Source: Ginkgo biloba
Taxonomy: Eukaryota > Plantae > Ginkgophyta
Direction of reading: 5' to 3'
NCBI GenBank assembly: GCA_024626585.2
Contig: JANKJI020000002.1
Coordinates: forward strand, 6,060,667-6,077,954
Length of the DNA stretch: 17,288 bases
Made by a program: the position numbers and the translations under genes. Position 1 is the first letter of the stretch. Each line of letters opens with the position of its first letter. This document shows positions 1-9,927 of the stretch, piece after piece. The notes beneath the pieces were generated by a model. The model ran no database searches and was not told the DNA's origin. It was given only the letters and a program-made list of their open reading frames with translations.

Positions 1-674
1 CACATTGCCTCTGAAACAATAAATGAGAGAGGTGACGGAACATTGACAAAGGATTTTGTCTTGTTGGGTCCTTGTCAATACCTTTTATCAAATGAATCAA
101 TTCTAAGACATATTTTTTCCTCCAACGAAGAGGATTGCCTATTGGAACATTATTAACTTCACGATGTCCACATGATTCAAACTCACCAACTTGAATGAGA
201 ATCACATACATCTAATTCCACTTTACCCAATTCATCTTCCTTCTATTAAACATAACATTCACAACTCCATCCAACCATGAGTCCCAAACAACTCAAGAAT
301 AAAAAAAATCTTGACACCACCAAACTTTCAGCATAAATGTATTCATACTCTGCACAGATGGTAGATAAACAAATCACCACCCATTCAAAAGGGGCACTAG
401 GCAGAAGTACACCATAATTAAAAGAATAAGGTAATATTATAATACAGCTTGGATCTAGCAGAGCTCCATTTTTAGCGAAGGGACTAACAGGTGGTGGATT
501 GGCTTATCTTTGAAAACATGAGCATTTCCCTAAGCAAACACAAAGTAATCTTACATGCTAAACCATTATAACTCTCTACCAAATCCTGACTCCAATGTAA
601 TCGGAGTAAGTTAACACTGTAATTCCTTGAGTCTAATACTCGTACTATTATGGCCTACGAGCTTTACATTAACA

Positions 675-1009
675 ATTATGAACAAAAGAAATAATAAAAG
701 CTTTAAATATTTCAATCAATGTCCAAGATCGACAATAATAATGCTTCAATCTATAATTTTTAATAGCACAAATATTATGGACCTAGTTTATAATGAGTTC
801 TAAATCTCCATATACCATTAACTTTTTAACTCAGAGATCTTGAGCTTATCGTAACCCAAGCACTAAGGCCTCATACTTGGTTATGTTATTGGTACATTCA
901 AATTGGAGTTGATATGATAGTGGATGAATCTTGTTGATGGAATATTCAAGGATGATCCTAGAACCAACACCCAATCTAGATTTATCCCATCAAAATGCAT
1001 AGTACACAT
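675..1009 (-). pseudogene. Additional (archaeal-type) RNase H remnant of a Tat element
   Basis: Translation: MHFDG / KSRLGVGSRIIL...LSYQLQFECTNNITKYEALVLGLR*AQDL*VKKLMVYGDLELIIN*V...WTLIEIFKAFII. This matches the FDG, TNNxAEYEAL and GDSEL motifs of RNase HI-like aRH domains. Confidence 0.85.
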
Positions 1010-1244
1010 GCTAGTTTGTTTAGGAATGTGAAATTATTTTATTTCTTCTTCTAGTTCTAATGTCATCAGCATTGCATACATACCACGAATAGTTTCTTTA
1101 AAATATTCTTTTGATCTTGTCTCATCATCTCCTTTAATATGATTTTGATGAATGAATTCCTTTTCAACTCATACTAACTTATGTTCATGAGGAATCATCA
1201 CGAAGGACCCATAAATGCTCATATATCCTCTGAGTAAAGTAGGA

Positions 1245-1650
1245 CTTAGGAATCTCGACAACCATTACATTCATCATTGTTGTAATATGGGAGGATGAAT
1301 TAATGTGTACACACAAATCTCACATTTCTCTAATCATATTTATTGGCCAATAATCCATTGCAAGAATAAATTCAAAATTGAGTGCATTCCAGACCCAATA
1401 TCTTCATAGATCTATGAGGCATAACATTATGAGTAGCTCCTATGTCTATCACATAATTATGTAGGTTATAATCATATATCCGCAAAGAGATATAGAATGG
1501 GATGTTATGAGGGACCAGTGGAATTTGATTCCTCATTAGCATATTTGTTAGAGTAGAAACATTATTAATCAATGATCCCTTTAGATTTTCCATTTGATCT
1601 AAGGTTTTTAAAGCATCTAGTAATTTCATATTGGCAGGGTGCTTTCCCAT
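1245..1650 (-). pseudogene. Retrotransposon aspartic protease remnant
   Basis: ORF 1372..1650 contains VIDIGATHNVM, a degenerate form of the D(S/T)GA active-site motif, in a Tat/Athila-like PFYxSL context. Homology continues after a frameshift to about 1245. Confidence 0.8.
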
Positions 1651-1784
1651 ATCACTTACTATATTATATTCAGTTGAAGGTGTACCTTTAATTCTCTTAC
1701 TCTAGGATGATCTATGTTGAAATGGAATATTCCTTTTTTAATGTAGATACAGAATGGGGAACAGTGGGGAATGATGTCGACACT

Positions 1785-1796
1785 GCTCTGATACCA
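1785..1796 (-). promoter_or_regulatory. Primer-binding site complementary to the tRNA-iMet 3' end
   Basis: GCTCTGATACCA on + reads TGGTATCAGAGC on -, 1 nt after a CA dinucleotide (TG at 1798-1799 on +). Confidence 0.9.
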
Positions 1797-1797
1797 C

Positions 1798-1960
1798 TGA
1801 CGAAGCCCCACCCTAAACAAGATCTTTGACGAATCGAGCGCGAGGGTGCAGTGCTTCAACGTGAAGTTCAGGTTCACACACACGCCAAGCAACCACAAAT
1901 CAGTTCGCAGAACATGAGACACAAAGTTTACAACTGGAGAAACCCTCAAGGGGAAGAAAA
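1798..1960 (-). mobile_element. 3' (U5) part of an LTR, cut by the assembly gap at 1961
   Basis: Ends ...GCTTCGTCA immediately before the PBS. Carries TTCCCCTTGAGGGTTTCTCCAGTT, which matches 9401-9424 at 23/24. Confidence 0.75.
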
Positions 1961-3204
1961 NNNNNNNNNNNNNNNNNNNNNNNNNNNNNNNNNNNNNNNN
2001 NNNNNNNNNNNNNNNNNNNNNNNNNNNNNNNNNNNNNNNNNNNNNNNNNNNNNNNNNNNNCTATAAGCCCCATATGTTACCCTGGAAGGCACCCATCCTT
2101 CATTTGGACCTCTACTCCATCATACATTGATGCATTGAATAGATGCTTTGAATTACCTGCATGTGCTGAGTATGGAACCTTGTAACGTAAATCTCATTGG
2201 GGTCATTGAGGTCGTCATTGTCTAAAGTAAGCAAATGTATATGCTCATTCTTACCCTAACAAATTTCTTGAGTTGCCTATGTGATGCAGAAGCCTACAAA
2301 GGAAGGCAGGGGCCTGTAACACAAGTGGTGCTATTGCAGTGAACTGATTTCCGTCTCGTCACCATTGTCTGCGTAAAATGAATCAACTTCATGCACTTGT
2401 AGATATAACTTTTACCAACCTACATGACACAATTGATGTTGATGCTTCTAATTTAGAGAACATTAGCTAAATCAGCCACGAGGATTACATATTTTGTGTT
2501 TGGCAAAGATGAGCACACTTTTGAGCACCATCTAACTTTGCATATAACAGACTTTGTTATTGTAACCAAAGTAACAATTGTGGCCCTTTAATCATTGCAG
2601 CGCTTTAACAGCAATATATACAAATCATGTTTTGGCCATTTCAGAGTTTTTGGTTCAGTCTGACGCAGAAATCCATTTTGAGTGTCATCTCAGACTGTTT
2701 CAAAAACACTTCTGGGCTGCTTCTGGAGGGAGCTTAGGAGGCTATTTTGGTGCACATTCCAAAGGAAGGTTAGAAGGCCATTTCAGATTAAAAAGCCTAC
2801 TAAAAAAAAAAAAGGAAAAGAAAACAATAGAAACACCATTTAAGTTTTCAAAATGTATCTGTATCCATACCTGTTTCCTGACAACTTAGAATCATAAATT
2901 GTGACATACTTAAAAGAAGATTTAAATGAATTTATGTGTGTAACTAAAATGTTAATCTGCTTAATCATGTACATATTAATCCCCAAAACCACATTTTCAA
3001 AAACCCAAAATGGAGCCTCAATTTTCCAAAACAACGAAACAATCCAATACCAAAACAGTGATCATGACCATAAGTACAACATTCAATAAGGTCCCCGAAC
3101 TTTCTATGAAATGAATGCATTGCTAGTTACCACACCTAGTGCAAGGGAAGAAATCTGCAAAAAGCCAACTTCAGTCTGAGAGATATACAAAAGTATGTTT
3201 GATC

Positions 3205-4148
3205 CATGAAATAATACCTACATAAGGAACTTCAGTAAGCTTTTCAAAGCATTTATCAANNNNNNNNNNNNNNNNNNNNNNNNNNNNNNNNNNNNNNNNN
3301 NNNNNNNNNNNNNNNNNNNNNNNNNNNNNNNNNNNNNNNNNNNNNNNNNNNNNNNNNNNAATGCTCTTCCTTACTTTTACTATAAATCATAATATCATCA
3401 AGAGACACAACTACAATTTTACCTAAGAAAGGTTTAAGGATATTGCTCATTAACCTCATTAAAGCAACTGGAGAATTTATATGTTCGAGGGCATAACCAA
3501 ATACTCATAACAAACATCTCTCATAGTGAATGTTATATTCTTGATGTCCTTAGGATAAATTCTAATATGATGATAGATGCTCCTTAAATCAATCTTGGAG
3601 AAGATAATTGCTCCCTTTATGGTATCTAAGATATCACCAATCCATGGAATAGGATACTTATCCTCAATGGTGACATTGCTGAGTGCCTGATAATCCACAC
3701 AAATCCTCATGGATCCATGAATATTAGCCAACAATACTGGCACACCAAAAGGAGATTTTGAACGCCGAATAAATCCTTGATCCAAAATCTCTTCTATCTA
3801 TCTTTGTAACTCTTCCTTTTCTGCATGGCTCAAGGAACAAGGCAATCTATAACTTGGCCTCCATCCTAGTTCAATCTCAATCTAGCAGTCCACATCCCAC
3901 TCCATTGCCAAACATTTTGGCAACTCATGAGGAAACACATCATTGTATTCTACCAACACAGGGGCCATCTCCTTAGAAACATCCTTAACATTTTTTTCAA
4001 CTTGGGGAATCTCTCTTAGGAACAATCCACAATCTTGGTCGTCTGATTTCCTAACCACTATTGTAGCCCAGACTTCTGCAAATTTGGCCTTGAGAAGTGG
4101 GTCAAGGATAGCCATAAGGAGTGCTTCAAATTCGACCATGAAGGACAT
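3205..4148 (-). pseudogene. Gypsy (chromovirus-like) reverse transcriptase remnant
   Basis: VLVEYNDVFP; GFIRRSKSPFGVPVLL; SMRICVDYQALSNVTIEDKYPIP; FSKIDLRSIYHHIRI; YEYLVMP; [18 protein letters not shown] (YxDD decayed to SLDD). After the gap, KCFEKLTEVPYVGII. Stops and frameshifts are present. Confidence 0.92.
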
Positions 4149-4449
4149 GCCTAAACCTAAGCTTCATGAAGGGGCCTAGTTGCACATTTTACGCATGATG
4201 GTTAAACCCTATACAGAGGTGCTTAGGAGGGAAAAAGTTGTGAAGGGTAAGGCCAAGACGGCATCTCAACTAGGGGTGCCTCCCTTCAAAGAGCAATTTC
4301 GCTAATTGTAGTGCCATAAAGGGCTTTCTTAGGTTTGCAGCAACCCTAAGAGTGAGCCCATCCATGTGTGAGGGTTAGTGTTCTTTCTTTCTTCATGAAT
4401 AGGGTTTATCTGGGCTTATATAACTCTTAAGTATATTCTCCCTATCTCC

Positions 4450-4775
4450 TTGTGATCTCCTAGTAAGGGCGCTCTCATTCTAAGGCTCATTTTCTATGTT
4501 CTAGCTTCATGACTACACTAATACAAATCGTTGTTTTCAGGCACTAACTACTTTCTGCATATCAAGAATCAATATGTTGCATTTAGGTAGATTATTAAGG
4601 GTATTTTCGCCAAAGGAGTGCTTAGATCTATTCTAAAGGGCAAGGCAACATCATCTAAAGGGTTAATACAGTATGGAACAGCTTTATGGGGCCCAATGAA
4701 CCTCTAGAAGAAGTTGTTAGGGTTTCTCGTACAGTAGTGACCTCCTTCTGCACTAGTACAACGTCACTTTTGGTC
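4450..4775 (-). pseudogene. Gypsy integrase C-terminus (GPF/GPY-like) with a possible chromodomain trace
   Basis: KSDVVLVQKEV / NNFF*RFIGPHK...VALP, then ILD...RFVLV*S* as a weak chromodomain trace and a purine tract (GGAGATAGGGAGAA) near 4436-4449. Confidence 0.55.
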
Positions 4776-4954
4776 CAACGAGTCACTACTTTTTGAAAAG
4801 GATAATTGAGACATTTTTATCCAAGGAACCTTTTAGCATCTTCAAATTCTCCAATTTGACTATGTAAGTAACTGTTGATATATTGTCATCAAGATTCATA
4901 CCAAAAATAGCAATTTTGTAAAATTTCCATTTTTTGTGAATTTTGAACGTATGG

Positions 4955-5110
4955 GGAAAATTTTCTATTTTGGGAAAAAAATTATTTTTGAAAAAATTTC
5001 TATTTTTAGAAAAAATTCTATTTTGAAAAAAAATTCTATTTTGAAAAAAAAATCTCTTTTTGAAATTTTCTATTTTTGAAAATTATACTATTTCGAAAGT
5101 TATTTTTTTC
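4955..5110. repeat. Degenerate AT-rich minisatellite, about 8-9 units of 16-19 bp (consensus roughly AAAAAATTCTATTTTTG)
   Basis: Repeated A-run / TTCTATTTT / G units are directly visible. Confidence 0.8.
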
Positions 5111-5619
5111 TAGCAGGTTAGGGTTTAAATGCATACAGAGAACATGCATGGGCAGTTGATGGTTGCATGCAGAGGACATGCATGCACATGCAAGCCAGTT
5201 AAGTGTGAAGAGATAGAGGGCACATGCATGCGAACGAGAAGAGTCGATGGTGTGCACATGAGGAAGTGAAAGCTAGAACCCTAGAAGGATAAACATGCAA
5301 CATGCAAAGTCAATTTGCATGCATTCNNNNNNNNNNNNNNNNNNNNNNNNNNNNNNNNNNNNNNNNNNNNNNNNNNNNNNNNNNNNNNNNNNNNNNNNNN
5401 NNNNNNNNNNNNNNNNNNNNNNNNNNAATTCAGTCCCTATTTTCTGTTAATTTATGGTAACCAAAAATAGTACACAATAATAGTGCAAAAAGTAGGGCGG
5501 AATTAATACTTACGGTTTATGGTGACTTACCCGATCAAAATAAAAGATTTGAAGATGTTGAATACTTTCCTGCACCAAAAAGTCTTAATTTAGCCCTTTT
5601 GTATGCAACAACTCACTTC

Positions 5620-5975
5620 TTGGGTCAAAGGTAACATAGTGTTGGTGCAGAAATAGGTCTTGGGTGCTAAAAACGCCAATGACTTCTTCCAGAGGTTTGT
5701 TGGGCCCCACAAAGCCATTTCAAATCATACAAATGCCTCTAATGAGGTTGCCTTGCCTCAAAGATCAAATCATAGACCCTAACAAATATTTAAATACCCT
5801 AGAGTGTACATGTTGCATTCCTAAGTTGAAATATTTGGGTTTTCATGTCTCGACCCTAACAAAATTGAAGCTATCTTGGAATTTCTAGCCACGACAAATG
5901 TCAAGACTTTGCAATATTTCTTTGGGATGTGTACCTTCCTTGCCCAATTTCTACCTAATTTTGCTTCTTTAGATG
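5620..5975 (+). pseudogene. Gypsy pol remnant: integrase C-terminus joined to RT C-terminus/connection
   Basis: VKGNIVLVQK*V...FFQRFVGPHKA...EVALP, then ECTCCIPKLKYLGFHVS and DPNKIEAILEFLATTNVKTLQYFFGMCTFLAQFLPNFASL. Confidence 0.75.
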
Positions 5976-6586
5976 TGTCTTGTTGCTTGCATTAATTGAT
6001 CCATGTTGGCCCCTGAAGAAGAATGCATGACACTAGCAGTCGATGTGCCTGGATATGAACGCAAGTATGCCCATGCAACAACAATTGCACAAGCTCTTAC
6101 AATGCAAGTATGGAAACCTAAAAATTTCTTGCAATAGAAAGTCCATTGAATTGGATTTATTCATATGCCCATTTATGTTATGCATTAGATTTTCTTTCCA
6201 TAAATAGCACATATTGGAAAGGATATGCCTCATTGGCAAGGTGGCAAGAGGTTAGAACCAACAGGTCCCAAAGTGGTAGTGGGTTGAGCCAAGTTGTTTG
6301 GCAACGACAAAACAAAAGAAAGAATGTAATTTGACATATATAAGACTCAAGAGGCCGACCCATAGACATTCTTAGCTAATGAAGGACAACAAGATGAAAA
6401 AGTCTTTCAGTGAAGTGAGGACAGAAGTTAACCGACCAACATGGTTGTTAAGACAACATCTACAACATCAACATCATCATGTTGGANNNNNNNNNNNNNN
6501 NNNNNNNNNNNNNNNNNNNNNNNNNNNNNNNNNNNNNNNNNNNNNNNNNNNNNNNNNNNNNNNNNNNNNNNNNNNNNNNNNNNNNN

Positions 6587-7398
6587 GGTCTGTTCTGCAT
6601 GTTTAGCATTTGAGGACAGCAAGGAGAAAGAAGTAGGAAAGAAGGAAAAACGCCTTGCGTTTTAAGGAAAGCCATGCGCCCCTCCAAAGCACAGTTGTGC
6701 ATCAGAAAAACTTGAATCCTTCACCACAAATACTAAAAATAGTAGCAAGAATGCCCAGTTGAAGAATGAAATCTGGAAACACCAATTCACCACAAGGATA
6801 AAATCACATCTCTGTCACATAATTGCTATTAACTCATGTTCCATAGGTGCTTGATAGGTGGAAAAAGTCGGAAGACATCAATAAATAGCACCAGCAGACA
6901 CGCAGTAAAAATTGCCGGCTATTTTGAGTGAGAATTGCCTTCCGTTCGTTCAACGAATGATACATTGTCGTTCATCAAACGACCGGATTCGTTCGACGAA
7001 CAATGCACTATCGTTCGTCGAATGATCGGGTTCATTCGACGAATGACACAGTCAAATGTTCTGGCCACTTGTCAAATGATCTCAGCTCGTATCATAAGTC
7101 GATTAATGGATAAAATAGGCCCTCCAAATTATCAATTTACCTGCAATTCTCGAATTCCACAAGCTTTCTCCTAATTTCCATAACTAATGTAATCTGGCTG
7201 CGGATTAACACCTGAATTGCTCAGTGCAATCTGGGGTTAACAGAACTGTAGAGAGAAGACATCTCCATCCTCAAAGGTACTTGGTAGCTTCAACCAAAGC
7301 TTTTTATCTGGATAAGTGCTTATTGTTGTAAGTTTTCTATAACCCTAACTCTACACTAATTATTTTTTGCCTACCATAAATTAATATAATTTTCTACA
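6587..7398 (+). mobile_element. Probable LTR (non-coding, repeat-containing, ending ...TTTTCTACA)
   Basis: Palindromic tandem repeats are followed by an AT-rich TATA-like motif near 7110 and a candidate TCTACA end at 7398. No canonical PBS or TSD was found. Confidence 0.3.
6945..7053. repeat. 43-bp tandem repeat (about 2.5 units) with an internal palindrome
   Basis: Units start at 6945, 6988 and 7031. Unit 2 holds TTCGACGAAC-N11-GTTCGTCGAA. Confidence 0.85.
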
Positions 7399-7531
7399 AT
7401 TTTAAACAACTTGTATTCTCTAGTTTGTGCATGCATGATTAATGAATTTCAACCCAAACTCTAGGTAATTCTATTCTTTGGAGTGGGATGCCTCAGTTAG
7501 AGGGCTCATTATGGCATTGATGGTTGCAAAT

Positions 7532-7605
7532 TGTTAGAATATTTATTATTAATGTTTACATGTAATCGGGGTCACAACGTAATGTCGCGATGCCTAAGTT
7601 TTTAA
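7532..7605 (+). mobile_element. 5' end of an LTR of the same family as 7769-8102 and 11232-11553, cut by a gap
   Basis: TGTTAGAATA...TAATGTTTACATGTAAT...GGGGTCACAACGTAATGTCGCGATGCCTA aligns with the start of the 7769 LTR. Confidence 0.75.
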
Positions 7606-7768
7606 NNNNNNNNNNNNNNNNNNNNNNNNNNNNNNNNNNNNNNNNNNNNNNNNNNNNNNNNNNNNNNNNNNNNNNNNNNNNNNNNNNNNNNNNNNNNNNN
7701 NNNNNGATAGTATAGAGATCTCTCTTAGATTTGGTAAAAACATTCCCTTTGGAAAATGAAGGCATAAG

Positions 7769-8102
7769 TGTTATAATTATTCATTTATGTAATGTTTACA
7801 TGTAATATTTTATAAATGGGGTTACGACTTAATGTCATGATACCTATGTACTTTAGAAGGTTTAAAGGTTCATTAGGGTGAGTCATAGCTTGGTCAATCC
7901 TTGAATGACAAGTTTCGGAGGTTATTGGATATGTGTCATGTCTAAAACTGACAATTATAGTTTTGTAATGTATGTAAACTACATTAGGCTATGTACATTA
8001 GTAATGTAGAGTTAATGATAAAATCGTAGAATAATTTTGCTAGTTATGCGTATGTGTTTATAATTTCTAGTGTTAAACTAATTTTAGCATTCTAACTTCA
8101 CA
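7769..8102 (+). mobile_element. Short (334 bp) LTR, probably Ty1/Copia type
   Basis: TG...CA ends and a PBS starting at 8105. Homologous to the reverse complement of 11232-11553 (GAGTCAT, TGACAAGT and GTGTCATGTC blocks). The superfamily call is inference. Confidence 0.8.
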
Positions 8103-8104
8103 TT

Positions 8105-8116
8105 TGGTATCAGAGC
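8105..8116 (+). promoter_or_regulatory. Primer-binding site (tRNA-iMet)
   Basis: TGGTATCAGAGC following ...TTCACA-TT. Confidence 0.9.
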
Positions 8117-9127
8117 TAAGAAGTATTCTTAGCCTGTATAGGTTAGGTTCATTGTTGTTTATAAATCTGGAGAGTGATTTTATTTTTTGGGATTTGTTGT
8201 TCATTAAGAATTATTGTTGTATAATATGAATTATATGTGGTTACAAGTTTCTGGAAGAATTCTTGAACATGTTTGTACGTGTTTTTAATGAGAAATTGCT
8301 ATTGTAAAGAAGAATTCTACCCGTTGAATACTATAGCTGTCTCTGAACATGAGAAATCACGTGAAGAATGTGGGAAAAGGTCCCCATAAGAGAGATATGG
8401 TGACTATGTATGATGATGATAGTGGTTGCTTGTTGTTTTGAGTGAGGTTGCATATGAGTTGTGAGTTGGTTGCACTGGGAATGCCATTGCTAAGGGAGAA
8501 CCACCATCTATGAGATCACCCGTGAGTCGCTAGATGTTGTTGAGCAAGGTTGTAAGTTGCCATTGATAGCCGTAGCTCGTGGTGACATCAAGTAAGGAGC
8601 TATTACATCAATTGCCTTAGCTGAAAACAGTGGTGGTTGTAATGTACCTGACGAGAGGATGCCATAAGAGTTGGTGATTATTCAAACGTGCAAGTCGTGG
8701 CACCATTAAACGAGGAAGTGCGAGACCTTGTAAGAGGCCATAAGCGATGCCATGTTTGCTCACAGGTCTAAGAATCCCGTGAGCTCCTGGTTAGATTAGA
8801 CGCTGCAGAGTTGAAGCCCGTGAACACCGAACTACGAAGCTTGTGAAGACACAAGGAACATTGTGGTTGTGCCATCGCAGGAAAGTTGCAGGTTACAGAG
8901 ACGCCATACGCTAACCTTCATATAGCTCACGAAGCTCGAGGAAGAAGGTGCAAGGCCATGAGGCCACCTTGCAGCAAGAGATCGATCCAGTCAATCCAAA
9001 ACTTGACAAATTCTCCGAGAACAAAGCNNNNNNNNNNNNNNNNNNNNNNNNNNNNNNNNNNNNNNNNNNNNNNNNNNNNNNNNNNNNNNNNNNNNNNNNN
9101 NNNNNNNNNNNNNNNNNNNNNNNNNNN

Positions 9128-9862
9128 TGACAAAACCGTCGAGTGAGGCCGTCGGATGAACTGGCCTTAGAGAGCCAGCAGTGGAGTCAGAGCATGGCGA
9201 TGTGGATTTTTTCGACCGACAATGATTCCTGACAGATTCGTTGATGTAGGCAGTCGGATGTGAAATGACGATGTGTGATTCCTCCCAAGAGCTTGTGTGG
9301 CCATGTATGAGATAATGGTGAGCTAGTGTGGCATTTGGAAAAGCCTGTGTGGATGTTGTAATGTATTATTGCCATAGAGTTTAATGCATCTGGAGTTTTA
9401 TTCCCCGTGAGGGTTTCTCCAGTTAAAAATGAATTGTGTCGACTGTGCATATTTATTTGTATGAATGTTATCTTTAATATTTTATTTTGTAACTCATGCA
9501 AGTAGATTTTAGTAGATCCTGTGGATTGTCAATGAGTTGAAAATCGACGAGCAGAACTGAGTGCACCGACGTCGTCAGCGTAGGTGAGTCCTTAGAAAAG
9601 ATCCTGGAAGGCGGGGAGGATGGCGATAAACAATTAAAAGAGAGGGACCGACATCCATCGGTCAGGGACTTTGTCGGTGGCAGTTGGGTACACCGATGAT
9701 CAACTTGGGTTCCCATCAATGTTCGTTGGCCACTGACCATCGATGGCCACCAACATCCTTCAGGAAAGAGACCCGATTTAAGATCAATAGAATTTAAAAA
9801 GGTGTTGAATTTGAATTTTTTTTATTGTCACCCGAACCTTCTCTTTCTTTTTCCCTGCTTCA
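9128..9862 (+). mobile_element. 3' portion of an LTR (start probably in the gap)
   Basis: Ends ...CCCTGCTTCA before a PBS. Shares the 24-nt motif at 9401-9424 with the LTR at 1798-1960. Confidence 0.7.
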
Positions 9863-9863
9863 G

Positions 9864-9875
9864 TGGTATCAGAGC
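9864..9875 (+). promoter_or_regulatory. Primer-binding site (tRNA-iMet)
   Basis: TGGTATCAGAGC 1 nt after CA. Confidence 0.9.
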
Positions 9876-9927
9876 GGCATAGGAACTAGGTCTTCGAATG
9901 GTGTTCGTCTCTACCCCCATCATTACA

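Larger units (their letters stand above)
675..1741 (-). mobile_element. Decayed Ty3/Gypsy Tat-clade pol fragment (pre-protease, aspartic protease, additional RNase H)
   Basis: Minus-strand translation through stops and frameshifts gives YNIVSDMGKHPANMKLLDALK...PFYISLRIYDYNLHNYVIDIGATHNVMP...MDYWPINMIREM*DLCVHINSSSHITTMMNVMVVEIPKSY, then an RNase H block about 250 bp later. Confidence 0.8.

Noticed and set aside
2061-2560. Possible exons of the GT47 gene or another gene (splice-like AG/GT sites on the minus strand)
   Set aside because: Translations do not resemble GT47, most frames contain stops, and the implied intron would be only about 33 nt.
6945-7053. CRISPR-like palindromic repeat array
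   Set aside because: Eukaryotic context, no unique spacers (whole units repeat) and no cas genes.
8633-9867. Solo LTR 8638 (TGTAATG) to 9862 (CA) with an apparent GTGGT TSD
   Set aside because: The right-hand GTGGT is the spacer base plus the start of the PBS, GCCAT-rich sequence runs across 8638, and a gap intervenes. Likely coincidence.
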